Source: Octopus vulgaris | Taxonomy: Eukaryota | NCBI GenBank assembly: GCA_951406725.2 | Contig: OX597829.1 | Span: 23,622,001 to 23,686,000, forward strand | DNA: 64,000 nt | Reading direction: 5' to 3' | Notes under the pieces: model-generated | The model's input: the letters and a program-made list of their open reading frames with translations, nothing else | What the model was told of the DNA's origin: nothing | Database searches by the model: none | Shown here: in pieces, positions 1 to 12,640 of the stretch | How the letters are laid out: each line of letters starts with the position of its first letter | Position numbering within the stretch: the first letter of the stretch is position 1 | Translations under genes and position numbers: made by a program

Positions 1-84
1 GATCATTCATGCTCCTACGATCACTGGTATTGTAACCGCCTTGAGATGCCACTATTATTATTATTATAATCATGTTGCCTGAGA

Positions 85-452
85 CACACCAACACATTAT
101 TGTATGCACAGTGTTCCAATAGCACCTTGAATTTTCCCATGGTTTCAATGTTGTGGACAGCCACATGTAGGCATGCATTATTGTGCAACAATGAGACTTG
201 TTTTGACAATAGACTTCAGTGTTCGGTGCAAATTGCTAGTTTCAATTTGTTGACTGTAGACCCCACTTCCTGGTAATGTTCCAGGTATAGGTTCTTTTTC
301 ATCCTCAGTAAATGGTTAGCATTACTTTTTCTGCAGAAGGTCAAGTCTTGTATATCTTTTTCACTATCAGTTCTTTGTGTTTCAACTCCATACAATTCCT
401 TTTAGATTCTGGCTCAAAGTTACGAACCCAAGTCTCATCCCCTGTAATTATT

Positions 453-487
<35 letters not shown>

Positions 488-540
488 CCTTCTTCATTGT
501 AGTTGTTGAATAAGCATTGATAGATCTCCACACAATTGTA
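85..540 (-). mobile_element. Degenerate mariner transposase relic
   Basis: Minus-strand fragments read NCVEIYQCLFNNYNEEGKF, IITGDETWVRNFEPESKR (first catalytic D motif) and LLHNNACLHVA...LEHCAY (decayed HDNARPH and HPPYSPDL). Frameshifted, with a homopolymer expansion at 457-483. Confidence 0.8.
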
Positions 541-2199
541 CTTACAAATAGCTAAGTCAGAGAAGCAATACACTTTCACACACACACATAAGATGTCAAA
601 TTTTATATCAATATCCTAAACAATAAAAAATTAGTCAAGTGTTAACAAACAATACATGGCTTGTATGGCTTTATATATCATAAAATCATTTTATTCAATA
701 TCTTAAATAAAACCAAATATAAAATATTAAATCTGTTTTTTTTTTGTGACAGTTTCTATGATAATTTTCTCTTGTGACATAATTTTTTTGTAACTTAATA
801 GGGATTATTTTATACGCCCCCCTCTTTTTAGTGTTTGAATTTTTTTTTTTTTGACATATTTCAAGACGGCCACTTTTCATATATATAGATACGTCGGTTA
901 TAGGGATTCTAGTTTTCAGTCCGAAAATTAAACTAAATCTTTTTAAATAAATAGAAAATACGCTAACCTTAAAAAAAAAGGATTTAACTCTTTTTAATTA
1001 TTATTAACGATGTCTAAGCGCGCGCGAGTCTGTGCGTGCGTGTGTGTGTTACTAGCAATCATAAATTTGTAAAGAAGTTCTAAAAAATAGTAAAAAAATA
1101 TATCAATATATGTCAAGTACTTATTTTATCGATCCCGAAAGCAAAACGTAATTTTAGTGTAAATAACCTGCGAAATTATTATCCAACCTATTTAAATATA
1201 ATGTTTCCTGTAATATTTATAATTTCCACTTGTTAAGTCTTTTTTTTTTTTTTTTGCTTGTTTCACTTCAGACTTAGGTCTTTGGGTCTTTTTTTCTTTT
1301 ACTGCTGCCAAAATTAGTAAAAAGGGAAGAGAAACCAATAAACGAACGTCTATAACATTTTGTGTATTGCCTGGTCGAAGATAAAGTTTACTAATTTTTT
1401 TCTTAAAAAAATAGGTCACACTGTATCAATTTCATTTATATTAAATGAAATACATACTGTAAATACATGACATTCGTAGTAAATAGGTGACTGGAATTAT
1501 TAGAAAGATCTTGAATATAATTGAAATCAGATAATTAAATTATTAATAATAATGACTTATTTTATTGGCTTTAAGGGCCTACGGCTTTGGAGGTGAGATA
1601 TTGCGTAAAGGAAATACAAAACAAAATACAGGGAATGATGTTAACTTGTGAGGTAGGGTGAAATTAATAAACATGAAAACCGAAAAATAAATAATGATAA
1701 ATAAATATCCACAATGGTAGAGAACAACAAAATACCACAAAATCAAGCTTAATAGGGGTGAGGCTAGCTTCATAAGGTTATTCGGATTACCAAGACACAT
1801 CAAAGGCAAGAGCCTTTCTCCCTGTCCTTGTTGTGGACTTAAGGCTTTATATTATGTTAGAATAAGCCCATCAAACCTCGCTAATCACGTCGCTCGTCCT
1901 TCTTTAATAGAATTTTAAACAGGACCGTACCCATCTGACTAGCATTACTTTCCCCTGTAATTTGACAGGGGCTTGATCGGAGAGGAATGACTGCCTTTAA
2001 TCCTCTTCATAGTACCCGTCTCAAATATTCTTTGCCATCAACACCAAATAAAGGAAGGTTGCCCTCTCCTCCTTGACGAAGGAAAGCCGTGGATCGACGG
2101 ATAACCGGTTCCTTCCCGCACATTTTATTATGTTATGTTTTATTTTATTTATTTATTTGTGTCCTGAAGGAAGGGACTGTACTCCTTGCCCTCCGAAGA

Positions 2200-2770
2200 T
2201 CAGTGAAATTAACGCAGTTAATTTTCCTTTTGAACAGTCCTGGTATGCAAGTCAACAGTGTCATGGAAAACACGAGTAAAGATGGGTAAATAGGGGATTC
2301 AAGATAGTCAACGTTCTAGGGAGGAAGTGAGTAGGGAAGAACAGGTGTTAAGGGTTAAGGTGGAGTTATGTGATTTGGAACACAACATAGGTGACAAGAA
2401 CAGACAAGGGTGTCTGAATGACACAAAATCAGACCGGTCTGAGGAGCAGAGTTCATTGTAATAACGTTAGAAAACTCAGAGGGAGGAGACAGTGTACCTT
2501 TTGGGTTGGTGCTAAGATGTCTGTATGTTTTATTGCAACACCTTCCTAGATGTAAGAACATCACTTCATTATGGGTTTCTTCTATGTACAGTGTTAGTAA
2601 GTATTGGAGAGGCTGAAGTATCTTCTGACCCAGTCTTTGGGATGCAGTCCTCGCAATGTTAAGAATGTGTTTTCACAGAAGAGATCCTCTATAATAGTGA
2701 GGTTTAACATTTGTAGATACCTTGAGGATTGTAACTGTAAGTTGGTGATGTTTAAGGAGAAGGCTACCAT
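2200..2770 (-). mobile_element. Degenerate CR1/L2-like LINE, RT C-terminal region
   Basis: Minus-strand pieces read KHILNIARTASQRLG, RRYFS, HFLPRTL and LFKRKIN, typical of CR1/L2-group ORF2 ends. Many frameshifts. Confidence 0.55.
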
Positions 2771-2789
2771 ATGTACAATTTTTTTTTTC

Positions 2790-3255
2790 TAGAGTGGCTG
2801 TGTGATAAGAAGCTTGCTTCCTAACCACATGGTCCTGGGTTCAGTCCCATTTTGTGGAACTTTGGGCAAGTGTCTTCTGTTATAGCCTCGGGCCAACCAA
2901 AGCCTTGTGAGTGGATTTGGTAGATGGAAATTGAAAGAAACCTATTGTGTTTGGGTGTGTATGTGTGTGTGTGTGTGTGTGAGTGTATGTTTGTGTGTGT
3001 GTGTGAGTGTGAGTGTATGTTTGTGTGTGTGTGTGTGCATGTGCATGTGTGTGTTTGTCCTCCACCACCACCACCACTTGACAACCAGTGTTTACATCCC
3101 CATTACTTAGCAGTTTGGCAAAAGAGAGCGATAGAATAAGTACCAGGCTTAAAAAAAAAGTTACTGGGGTTGATTCATTCAACCCCAGATACTTTGGGGC
3201 CGTGCCCCAGCATAGCCACAGTCTCATGACTGAATCAAGTAAAAGAATAAAAGAA
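2790..3255 (+). mobile_element. SINE family A (tRNA-derived head, central TA/TG microsatellite, AAAAGAG-type tail)
   Basis: Head GAGTGGCTGTGTGGTAAG (A box) ...GGTTCAGTCCC (B box), body GGCAAGTGTCTTCTACTATAGCC, 3' part GAATAAGTACTAGGC...GACTGAAACAAGTAAAAGAG. About 17 full or partial copies in the window. Confidence 0.9.
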
Positions 3256-3319
3256 TCATCATCATCATCATCATCTTTGTTGTTGTCATCATTGTCATCA
3301 TCCTCATCATCATCATCAA

Positions 3320-3550
3320 AGGTGGTGCGTGGGCAGAACTGCTAGCATTGCCAGACAAATGCTTAACAGTATTTCATTCAGTTTTACTTTTGGAGTTAAA
3401 ATTTAAAATTCTGCCGAGGTAAACTTTGCATTTCATCCTTTTGAAGACTGATGAAATTAGTACCTGTGGAGCACAGGGTGTTAAGGTAATCAACTAGCCC
3501 TCTCCCTCAAAGTTCCAGACCTTGTGCCTATAGAAAAAAAGATTATTATT
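3320..3550 (+). mobile_element. SINE family B (tRNA-like head, Meta-domain-like core), diverged copy
   Basis: Matches the window consensus GGCGGCGAGCTGGCAGAA...GAGTTCAAATTCCGCCGAGGTCGACTTTGCCTTTCATCCTTTCGGGGTCGATAAATTAAGTACCAG. The core resembles the MetaSINE domain (recalled, not searched). Confidence 0.7.
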
Positions 3551-3868
3551 ATTATTGCTGTGGGAAAAAGACATACTTGTATGTCTCCATTAGAAGATGT
3601 TTTTGGTATCAGGTCTAGATTGGTGTGAAGTGGCTAGGCTCTCTATGAAAGGTAATTGGGTGCCAGTTGTTAGGGTGGAATGAAAGGTGGTACCATTTGC
3701 ATAAGAGAAAGTGTAGTTAAAGGTTATGACAAATAAAATGCTAATATATGGAAGGAAGAACTTGTGGAACAACTCAAAATCTTAAATCACAGAACTCACA
3801 AAGAGAACTCCACTAGCCGGTGTCACAATGATGCAATCACATCACCATCATCATCATTTAATGTCTTT

Positions 3869-4185
3869 AGTGGAGGCACATGGCCTAGTGGTTAGAGCAG
3901 CAGACTCGCGGTTGAAGGATCGCGGGTTCAAATCTCAGACCAAGCGATGTGTGTGTTTATGAGCAAAATACCTAAGCTCCACGCGGCTCCAGCAGAAGGT
4001 AATGCCGAAACTTCTGCTGTCTCTTTTGCCACAGTTTTCTCTCACTCTTTCCTCCAGCAGCTCGCAGCTCACCTGCGATGGACCGGCGTCCCGTCCAGGT
4101 GGGGAACCTATATGCCAAGGAAACTGGGAAACCGGCCTTTATGAGCCAGACATGGCTCAAGAAAGAACAAACAAACAACAAACAT
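3869..4185 (+). mobile_element. SINE family C (tRNA-Arg-like head, V-domain-like CCTGCGATGGACCGGCGTCCCGTCCAGG, AAC tail)
   Basis: A box TGGCCTAGTGG and B box GGTTCAAATCT. Further copies at 10548-10852 (-) and 17265-17572 (+). Confidence 0.85.
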
Positions 4186-4705
4186 TTAATGTCTTTGGTC
4201 CAAGCTGGCATAGGTTCAAATGGTTTGACAGGAGCTGATGTCTCCAAGGACTGCTTTGTACTCCAGTATCTACTTTGGCATGGCTTCTGTGGTTGGATGC
4301 CCTTCCTAATGCCAACCACTTTACAATATGTACTGGATGTCATTTTTCGTGTCCCCAGCACTAGTGAGGTCACCATGTAACTTGCAAAATTATGAACCTT
4401 GAGTGGGGAGAATGAATTTTATGCTAGGAGAAAAGGGAGTAGAGAGGAGTAAACTGTGAGAGAAGGACTGAAACAGAACATGACCACACACGTTTTAGAA
4501 GAGAGGGTGGTGAAATTGCCACTCCATGAAATAGAAGATGGGTAGAATATGTATGGTAAATAAAGATACAGAGTACATTGTTAGGAGATAGTCATACCTG
4601 ATATTATTGCTGACATTTCAAGGAAGATGGACAGGACTAGATGTCTATAAATCAACAGTAAAGAGATAATGAGTGAACATACATTGGATGCTTTCATAAC
4701 CTAAT

Positions 4706-5138
4706 AGGCACAGGAGTGGCTGTATGGTAAGTAGCTTGCTTACCAACTACATGGTTCCGGGTTCAGTCCCACTGTGTGACACCCTGGGCAAGTGTCTTCT
4801 ACTATAGTCTCAAGCTGACCAAAGCCTTGTGAGTGGATTTGGTGGACAGAAACTGAAAGAAGCCCATCGTATATATGTATATGTATATATATATATGTAT
4901 ATGTATATATATATGTGTGTTTGTGTTTGTATGTTTGTGTTTGTCCTCCCAGCATTGCTTGACAACCAATGCTGGTGTGTTTACGTCCCTGTAACTTAGC
5001 AGTTTGGCAAAAGAGACTGATAGAATAAGTACTAGGCTTACAAAGAACAAGTCCTGGGGTCGATTTGCTCGACTAAAGGCGGTGCTCCATCATGGCCACA
5101 GTCAAATGACTGATACAAGTAAAAGAGTAAAAGAGAGT
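4706..5138 (+). mobile_element. SINE family A, full copy
   Basis: Complete head, microsatellite and GTAAAAGAG tail. Confidence 0.9.
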
Positions 5139-5596
5139 AATACATATTTTGGCTGGGTTTAGTTGCTTAGCGACTCCAACATGTCTGTAAGCTCTGTAGA
5201 GTTTAGCCTCATCAGACACAGTCCATTTGTAATTAATAAGTTTAGGAGATTGATCATCATCCTGAAAAATCATCTGAAAGAAACTACTTAAACTATCTTT
5301 GATGATGTCCAGAATTATTTCCAAAGGTGTCATTTCCTGTACCCTTCATTAGATGTCTATAGATTGTGAGGGCTAACATCCTGCAAACTGAATTGTCCAG
5401 AGTGTCCAGCTGGTAAGATGGTGTGAGTGATTATTGTTGTACTGTGCTAGGATCTGCAAAATAACAGAAGGATTGAAAAAATACTTAGAAACAAGCAAAG
5501 AGAAAAATCATAAGTATGGTAGGTAACAATGAAAACATAAAAAAACTAACTTTCTCTCAGTATATACAATAAACTACAAAGTGGAAACTAACAACA

Positions 5597-6228
5597 TTGA
5601 ACCAAGTCCTTTGTGACCCACTCTCTGGTTATCTATCTGAGGCTTTATATAGCTATGGTGTGGCCTCACCTGGAATTTGCATCACCGGTCTGGAACCCTA
5701 TCTTGCTCAGGATATTAATCATCTGGAAACCGTTCAGCGACGTGCAACCAAAAGAATACCCTCCATCTGGCATTTGCCATATCCTGGGTATGGATACATT
5801 GAAACTCCAACGTCTGGCAGCTGACTTGGCAGACACCCATAAAATTATTAACCATCTTACTAACAATAACTCTGAGCACCTTTTCAAACTCCACCCATCT
5901 AACACCCGTGGACATGTTTACAAAGTCAGAAAACAGCACAGCTCCCATGACTTTTGGAAACATTTTTTCACGCTAAGAATTGCTGAAGCATGGAACAAAC
6001 TGCCGGCATCAGTTGTTAGTTGTCAGAGCACTGCATCCTTCAAAACTTCCATGCTTCCTGAGATTCGCCAACACTACACCTGATTTTCTCCCCTCCATAC
6101 ACACACAAGCATGTATCTGACTCATACACTGTTCACTTTCCAGACATTTGTACATTACTGCATATGCTTTATACATACATTTGACAAGTTGTGGTGCACC
6201 TGAGCACTGTATACAATAATTTCATTAT
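5597..6228 (+). mobile_element. 5'-truncated CR1-clade LINE (ORF2 C-terminus plus 3' UTR)
   Basis: ORF 5613-6083: PHLEFASPVWNP, LETVQRRATK (other frame), NTRGHVYKV, FFTLRIAEAWNKLP. Tail GTGGTGCACCTGAGCACTGTATACAATAATTTCATT recurs at 9948-10020 (+) and 12190-12640 (-). Confidence 0.9.
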
Positions 6229-6299
6229 ATATAAAAGATTAAGATTAGGACAAAAGAACTGAAATGGTTGAAAAACAAAAGACAAGGTCAAAACAGAAT

Positions 6300-6745
6300 T
6301 CCAGAATAAACTAAAAATAAATAAAAACAGAAATTTGAGAGAAAAACCATTCTATGGTCAATATCCTCCAAAAGATGACAGAAGGGAAACAAACCAGAAT
6401 ATGACCCAACACTTGTTCAAGAGACCCAGACTAAAAGCAGAAGCAGAATGCTTGACACTAGATCAACATCCAACTACAAACAAATACAGATATAAAACAG
6501 TAAAAGAAGATACTAACACCAAATAGAGAATATGTCGCCAGGTCAGCGAAGTAGTCAACCATATCATCTCCAGATGCTCAGTTTCTGCCTAATTGAAGTA
6601 TATTCACAGACACAACTGAGCCAGCAGCTATCTCTTTAGGGCAAAGTAGCATCACTTAGATGTGAAAAAGCACAAGAAATGATACAAGCATGAACCTAAA
6701 ATAATACGAAAGCAACTACCTGGCCACAATCATCTAGAACATACC
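6300..6745 (+). mobile_element. Degenerate R4/Dong-like (RLE) LINE fragment, zinc-knuckle region
   Basis: REKPFYGQYP and LKAEAE, then C-x-x-x-SEVVNHIISRC and EYIHRHN in broken frames. Confidence 0.65.
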
Positions 6746-7089
6746 TCAAATGTTAACAGGTTATATATTCTGGCCTCCATCACTACTTTCATTTTTACAT
6801 CTGTTTCATCATGCATGCACAGGCAGGCAGATTTTATCCAACATTACATGCGATCAATCTTCACTGTTCTGTCATCTCTTTCATGAAATGTAACAACAGT
6901 TTCAGAACAGACTTCCCTGCTTCATCCAATGTCTTCTTAGGTTTTCCACTTTCATACATTCTTCAAAATTTGCTAAGTTTACTTTGAGACCTTTCAATTC
7001 TAGATTTTGTGTCCATGGCAAGAATTTCTTTTTCATGACAAATTTATATATGTGTGTGTGTGTGTACATACATACATATATTTTATTTA

Positions 7090-7680
7090 TATACCCAGGC
7101 CTATTCTCCATTTTTTTAGGAGGGGTTAGCCATAGCAAGATACACGCCAGGCATTCCATTCATTTCCCAGCTCAAAGAGGCAATCCGCAATCTATGCTTG
7201 GGTCAAGGCATAGGACGTAACCTCCAATATCAGTAGTGGGGCTCAACAGCATATGCTGCTTTACCTCTGCTGCATCATGCTAGTTCCATATTCATTTGAG
7301 CAACATCAAATCCACTCATCCATTCACAAACACTCTCCAAGCTTTCCTTTCGTTTATAAACTCTCTGGCCTTTCTCACTCCAACACCTCTAACTACCAAA
7401 ACTTTCCTCACTCCATCCATCCAAATAAACCAAGGTTTGCCTCTGGTTCTGCTGCCTACTACTTCTGCCTTCATCACACTCCTTACCATCCGCTCCTCAT
7501 CCATCATCTCCATGTGGCCAAACCACCTGAAGATTTGTCTATCCATTCTGGTTATGAGTTTTTCACACATTCCTGGTTGCCTTCACACCTCATCCTCTCC
7601 ATCTGTATCACACCAACCATAGCCCTAAGACATCTCATCTCAAACCCCAGTCTCTGCACCATATAACATTGTTGGCATAA
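7090..7680 (-). mobile_element. RTE-clade LINE 3' fragment
   Basis: ORF 7316-7570: FRWFGHMEMMDEERMVRSVMKAEVVGSRTRGKPWFIWMDGV (RTE RWFGH and GxRxRGRP motifs). Confidence 0.85.
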
Positions 7681-7744
7681 TCATATATATACACATACAT
7701 ACATACATACATACATACATACATACATACATACATACATACAT

Positions 7745-8197
7745 CAGCAGCAGCAAAACAGAGAATACCTATGCTGAACTATTGAGGATCTACAGTTACT
7801 CTATCCAGATTACAAGTTCAGGTTTATACCTGTAATTATTGGAGCCCTGGGATATCTAACATACTGCCTTAATATCAATCTTGAGAAATTAGGCTTCTCA
7901 AAACCAAAAAGGAGAAAGCTAATTTGAAGACTACAGATCCAATCCATCACTGGAACTGTAAAAATCTGTAAAACTTTCCAGAAGTTTATCATTTAAATAT
8001 ATATGAGCATGTCTAGATATGCAACTACATGCATGAGAATGCAGGCATAAAATAAAACATACAAATCTGCACATATACATGCATACAAACAAAAATACCC
8101 TTTTGTTGATGTTGAAATTCCAATGAAAGACCCTTGGACCTAAGTTAGAAACCAGCTTTTTCTCTATTGGTAAGAAATCGTGAAATAAAACTGAATA
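7745..8197 (+). mobile_element. RLE-type LINE 3' end embedded in (CATA)n repeats
   Basis: Reads LQLLYPDYKFRFIPVIIGALG...LQIQSITGTVKICKTFQKFII*, then a 3' UTR with AATAAA. (TACA)n on both sides. Confidence 0.75.
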
Positions 8198-8292
8198 CAT
8201 ATATACATACATACATACATACATACATATACACATACATGCATGCACATACACATACACACATACATGCATACATATATACATGCATGCAC

Positions 8293-8323
<31 letters not shown>

Positions 8324-8531
8324 CATATCGTTTTTGGATTTGGTTTGCAATATTCTTTATGTGAGTTCATGTGTTGAAGCATATTCTGTTGTGTCAAAAC
8401 TATTGAGAAGGTTGCGAAACGCAATGAAAATTTCAGAAAAATAAAAAAGAAATAAGTGGAAATTTTACCGGTGAGTGTGTTAAATTATAAGGCACCAAAA
8501 GAGAGTGAACTCTCCTCAGACACAACAGAAC

Positions 8532-8571
<40 letters not shown>

Positions 8572-8804
8572 ACATACATACATACATACACTCACTCTCA
8601 CACTCACAAGCACCAGTAAATCTCCTGCCATGGGTTCTTCCTCTTGGATCCCAAACATCTTCATTTGGGATTTTCACTTTTCTTCTGGTCTTTCTTCCCT
8701 TTTTGCAATCTGCATGTCCCCTTCTCCACTCTTCATTGACCCTTTATAATAATATGTTCCAGGGAGTGGAAGTTCCTTGACACTCTGGTTGTCAGCTTCC
8801 TCCA

Positions 8805-9030
8805 TTAACTCCTCAGCATTTAAACCAGCCATATCTGATCCAAATATTTCTACCTTTTCTATGTTCAAACTGGCCAGATCTGGCTTCTCACACCAACCAA
8901 ACAATGTCATTCTAAAAATAAACAAACACACTACTAGAATCTTGAAGCTTTGAGACAATCCATGATTAATTCAAAACAAAGTCAATAAATACGCATTACA
9001 TTAGACAGAATAATCTGATTGCTAAAGGGA
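8805..9030 (+). mobile_element. piggyBac-type MITE (TTAA|CCCTTTAGCATT...AATGCTAAAGGG|TTAA family)
   Basis: About 225 bp with CCC/GGG terminal inverted repeats at TTAA-like sites. Related copies at 9051-9220, 22954-23184, 24775-25446 (split by a SINE) and 26392-26572. Confidence 0.75.
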
Positions 9031-9404
9031 TATAAATATACATATGTATATTCCTTTAGCATTTAAACTGATCACCTCTGACCCAAATATTCTATCTGTT
9101 TTATATTCAAACTGACCTGATCAAGCCCTTCATACCTACCTTACAATGTCATTCTAAAAATAAACAATCCCATCATCAAAATCTCAAAGCTATGAGACGA
9201 TTAATTAAAATCAAAGATAAATTTTATAATAAAGAAATTTTTTTATAACACACAGGCATCAGTTTTTACAATTGTATGGCATCTCACCTGTTTGGATTTT
9301 TGATGCAGAAACTTGGTTTTTGATATTTTCTGTTGAGACATGGGTGTAGTTTGTATAAATTAAAACAAAAGCAAACAACAACAACAACAACAGCAGCAGC
9401 AGCA

Positions 9405-9597
9405 GCTGTTCAAGAATTTGGACCTGGAGATCTCCATTTCCAGCGATTTCGAGGGCCACCTCCCAGTGGTGTCGGGCGTCAACGAAGAGCATTCAATTAC
9501 AACAAGACGACCAAAGTTTTTTTTTCCAAGGTCTGGGGTTTCCCGCCTCTAAGCCCTAGACCACCACCTAACCACCCTTACCCGTCTTGTTGCTAAA
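9405..9597. repeat. ~190-bp structured interspersed element in CAA/CAG repeats, copy 1
   Basis: Clearly homologous to 25560-25752 with the same boundaries; both copies have (CAA)n/(CAG)n on both sides. Confidence 0.85.
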
Positions 9598-9621
9598 CAA
9601 CAACAACAACAACAACAACAA

Positions 9622-9658
<37 letters not shown>

Positions 9659-9982
9659 AGCAGCAGTAGAAACAACAACAGCAATTTTTATTGTTCATAC
9701 TTTGAAAAATACCTTAAAAGTTACTTTTCACTTACAGGAATTATGTGCATCTTGGAAAATAAAGCATAAAAATATTTAAGTCTTTGAATCAATGTGAGAG
9801 AATGTCTTAATAATGTATACTGACTCCAGTACTGGGATGTGCCACTGGCCATCTTCATGGGTAATCTATTAATTTTTTTTTGTACAGAAGTAGTTGTGTA
9901 TCATTTTAGTTGCATTGATAATACTTTATATTTACTAAGAAAGAACATGTTGTGGTGCACCTGAGCACTGTATACAATAATT

Positions 9983-10020
<38 letters not shown>

Positions 10021-10107
10021 ATTTACAAGAGTAAACAGTAAGACATCATAAAAGAAAAAGGTGTCAAAGAAAAATTCATTAAATAAATAATGAAGTGACT
10101 GTGTTTA

Positions 10108-10487
10108 TAGGCATAAGAGTGGCTGTGTGGTAAGTAGCTTGCATACCAACCACATGGTTCCGGGTTCAATCCCACTTGGGTAAGTATCTTCTACTATAGC
10201 CTTGAGCCGACTAAAGCCTTGTGAGTGGATTTGGTAGATGGAAACTGAAAGAAGCCTGTCGTATATATGTATATATATATGTGTGTGTGTATGTTTGTGT
10301 GTCTGTGTTTGTCCCCCCAACATCATTTGACAACTGATGCTGGTGTGTTTACGTCCCTGTAACTTAGCTGTTTGGCATAAGAGACTGAGAGAATAAGTAC
10401 TAGGCTTACAAAGAATAAGTCCTGGGGTTGATTTGCTCGACTAAAGGCGTGGCTGCAGTCAAATGACTGAAACAAGTAAAAGAGAAA
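10108..10487 (+). mobile_element. SINE family A
   Basis: Family consensus with small internal deletions. Another copy at 10885-11332. Confidence 0.85.
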
Positions 10488-10547
10488 TCATAGCAAAGTC
10501 GTTTATACTCCCTTTCTCAGTTCTACATAAAGGGAGATTCCAACATT

Positions 10548-10852
10548 GTTGTTTGTTCCTTCTCAAGCCATGCCTGGCTCATAAGGGCCAGTTTCCTGGT
10601 TTACTTGGTGTATAGATTCCCCACCTGGACGGGACACCGGTCTGTCGCAGGTGAGCTGCAAGATGCAGGAGGAAAGAGTGAGAGAAAGTTGTGGCGAAAG
10701 AGTCAGTGGAAGTTTGCCATTACCTTCTGCTGGAGCCATGTGGAGCTTAGGTGTTTCGCTCATAAACACACACATCGCCCGGTCTGAGATTCGAACCCGC
10801 GATCCCTCGACTGCGAGTCCGCTGCTCTAACCACTAGGCCATGTGCCTCCAC
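10548..10852 (-). mobile_element. SINE family C
   Basis: Reverse complement of 3869-4185. Flanked by the direct repeat GATTCCAACATT (target duplication). Confidence 0.9.
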
Positions 10853-11651
10853 TGATTCCAACATTACAATCTAGAAAAAAATTGTGGTACAGGTATGGCT
10901 GTCTGGGTAAGAAGCTTGCTTCCCAACCACATGGTTCCAAGTTCAGACCTACCAAGTGGCACCTTGGACAAGTGTTTTCTACTATAACTCTAGGCCAACC
11001 AAAGCCTTGTGAGTGGATTTGGTAGACAAAAACTGAAAGAAGCCCATTGTAAATACACACACACACACACACACACGTGTCTGTATAGATGTGTGTGTGT
11101 GTGTGTGCCTTTGTGTCTGTGTTTGTTCCCCATCACCACTTGACAACCAGTGTTGGTATGTTTATGTCCCTGTAACACAGCAATTTGGCAAAAGAGACCA
11201 CTAGAATTTGTACCAGGTTTAAAAAAATGAAAAGAAAAAAATATTTAGAAATAAGACTGCTTTAACTAAAATTCTCCATGGCAGTTCCCCACCAGAATGG
11301 CCATGGTCTGATGACTGAAACAAGTAAAATATAACCCAAATCATTCAGGCACCATTACTAAGTTTCAAATACCAAAAAGTTAAAAATGTAATTTACCAAC
11401 AAATTCCAGCTTTATAGTGTTTTATTGTTCCATCCAGCATACATGCAATAACTTCCATCACAATTTAAGTTGTGAAGATGACCAAAATCTAATCCTCGAT
11501 TAGATTTTTGCCACCTCTGCAACTCATTGACAAACTAATTTATGAGAGAATCATAAGTTTGGACAATGTTAAACTTAGCTTAGAATCCTTTGTCCAGACT
11601 GCATTGCTAAAATGAATCTATGAGGGAATATCTCAGCTAATATAAATGTTT

Positions 11652-11890
11652 CTTATTTCTTTACTACCCACAAGGGGGCTAAACACAGAGAGGGGACAAA
11701 CAAGGACAGACAAACAGATTAAGTCGATTATATCAACACTAGTGTGTAACTGGTACTTATTTAATCGACCCTGAAAGGATGAAAGGCAAAGTCGACCTCA
11801 GCAGAATTTGAACTCAGAATGTAGCGGCAGATGAAATACCACTAAGCATTTCGCCTGGTATGCTAACGTTTCTGCCAGCTCGCCGCCTTA
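11652..11890 (-). mobile_element. SINE family B with target duplication
   Basis: Full copy flanked by TAATATAAATGTTT. Confidence 0.9.
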
Positions 11891-12189
11891 TAATATAAAT
11901 GTTTTTTGCTTCCTTTCTTTGTTTCTTTTTTTAAAAAATAGCTCAGAGTTTGAGATGAATGAAGGCTCTTCAACAATGGTGGATTGTTAGTTATAAAGGA
12001 AGGTAAATTAACTCAGAATCATTAGGACAATTCACAGTCAAAACACATTTCTTACTCTTTCTAGTGAACAGTACTAAAAGCGCCACCTACTTTCCGGAGA
12101 TCAGATCAACACCTTACCTGGGGCAGATATTGATGACTTACTTAGCCAGAATGAACTCTACCCCCCCCCCCACGCCGTCACTCTCAGAA

Positions 12190-12640
12190 TTATTAATAAT
12201 AATAATGATAGTAATAAATTTTTTGTGTATAGTGCTCAGGTGCACTACAACTCATCAAATGTGCATGTACAGTACATAGAATTATGTACAAAAGCAGCGG
12301 TGAGCTGGCAGAAACGTTAGCACGCTGGGCGAAATGCTTAGCGGTATTTCTGAGTTCAAATTCCGCCAAGGTCGACTTTGCCTTTCATCCGTTTGGGGTC
12401 GATAAATTAAGTACCAGTTATGCACTGGGGTCAATGTAATCGACTTAATGTCCTTGTTTCTCCCCCTCTATGTTTAGCCCCTTGTGGGCAATAAAGAAAG
12501 AAGAATTATGTACAAAAGTTAGGAAAATGAACAGTGTATGAGTCATGATATACATGTGTGCATGCGTATGGAGGCAGGGGGGGGGGCATCAGATGTAGTG
12601 TTGGTAAATTTAAGGAAGCATGGAGGTTTTAAAGGATGGA
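12190..12640 (-). mobile_element. CR1 3' fragment interrupted by SINE B (12295-12502, +)
   Basis: SFKTSMLP and tail match the 5597-6228 element. The SINE is flanked by AGAATTATGTACAAAAG. Confidence 0.8.

Noticed and set aside
1192-1809. Short AT-rich ORFs near a CpG-containing region
   Set aside because: No recognisable domain; driven by homopolymer runs.
3869-3945. tRNA gene candidates (also near 10780-10852, 41085-41160, 42165-42240)
   Set aside because: They continue into SINE bodies and lack a proper acceptor stem and terminator, so they are SINE heads.
5190-5360. Two minus-strand CT(G/A)ATGA motifs
   Set aside because: Stems and GAAAC cannot be reconstructed; too decayed to call.
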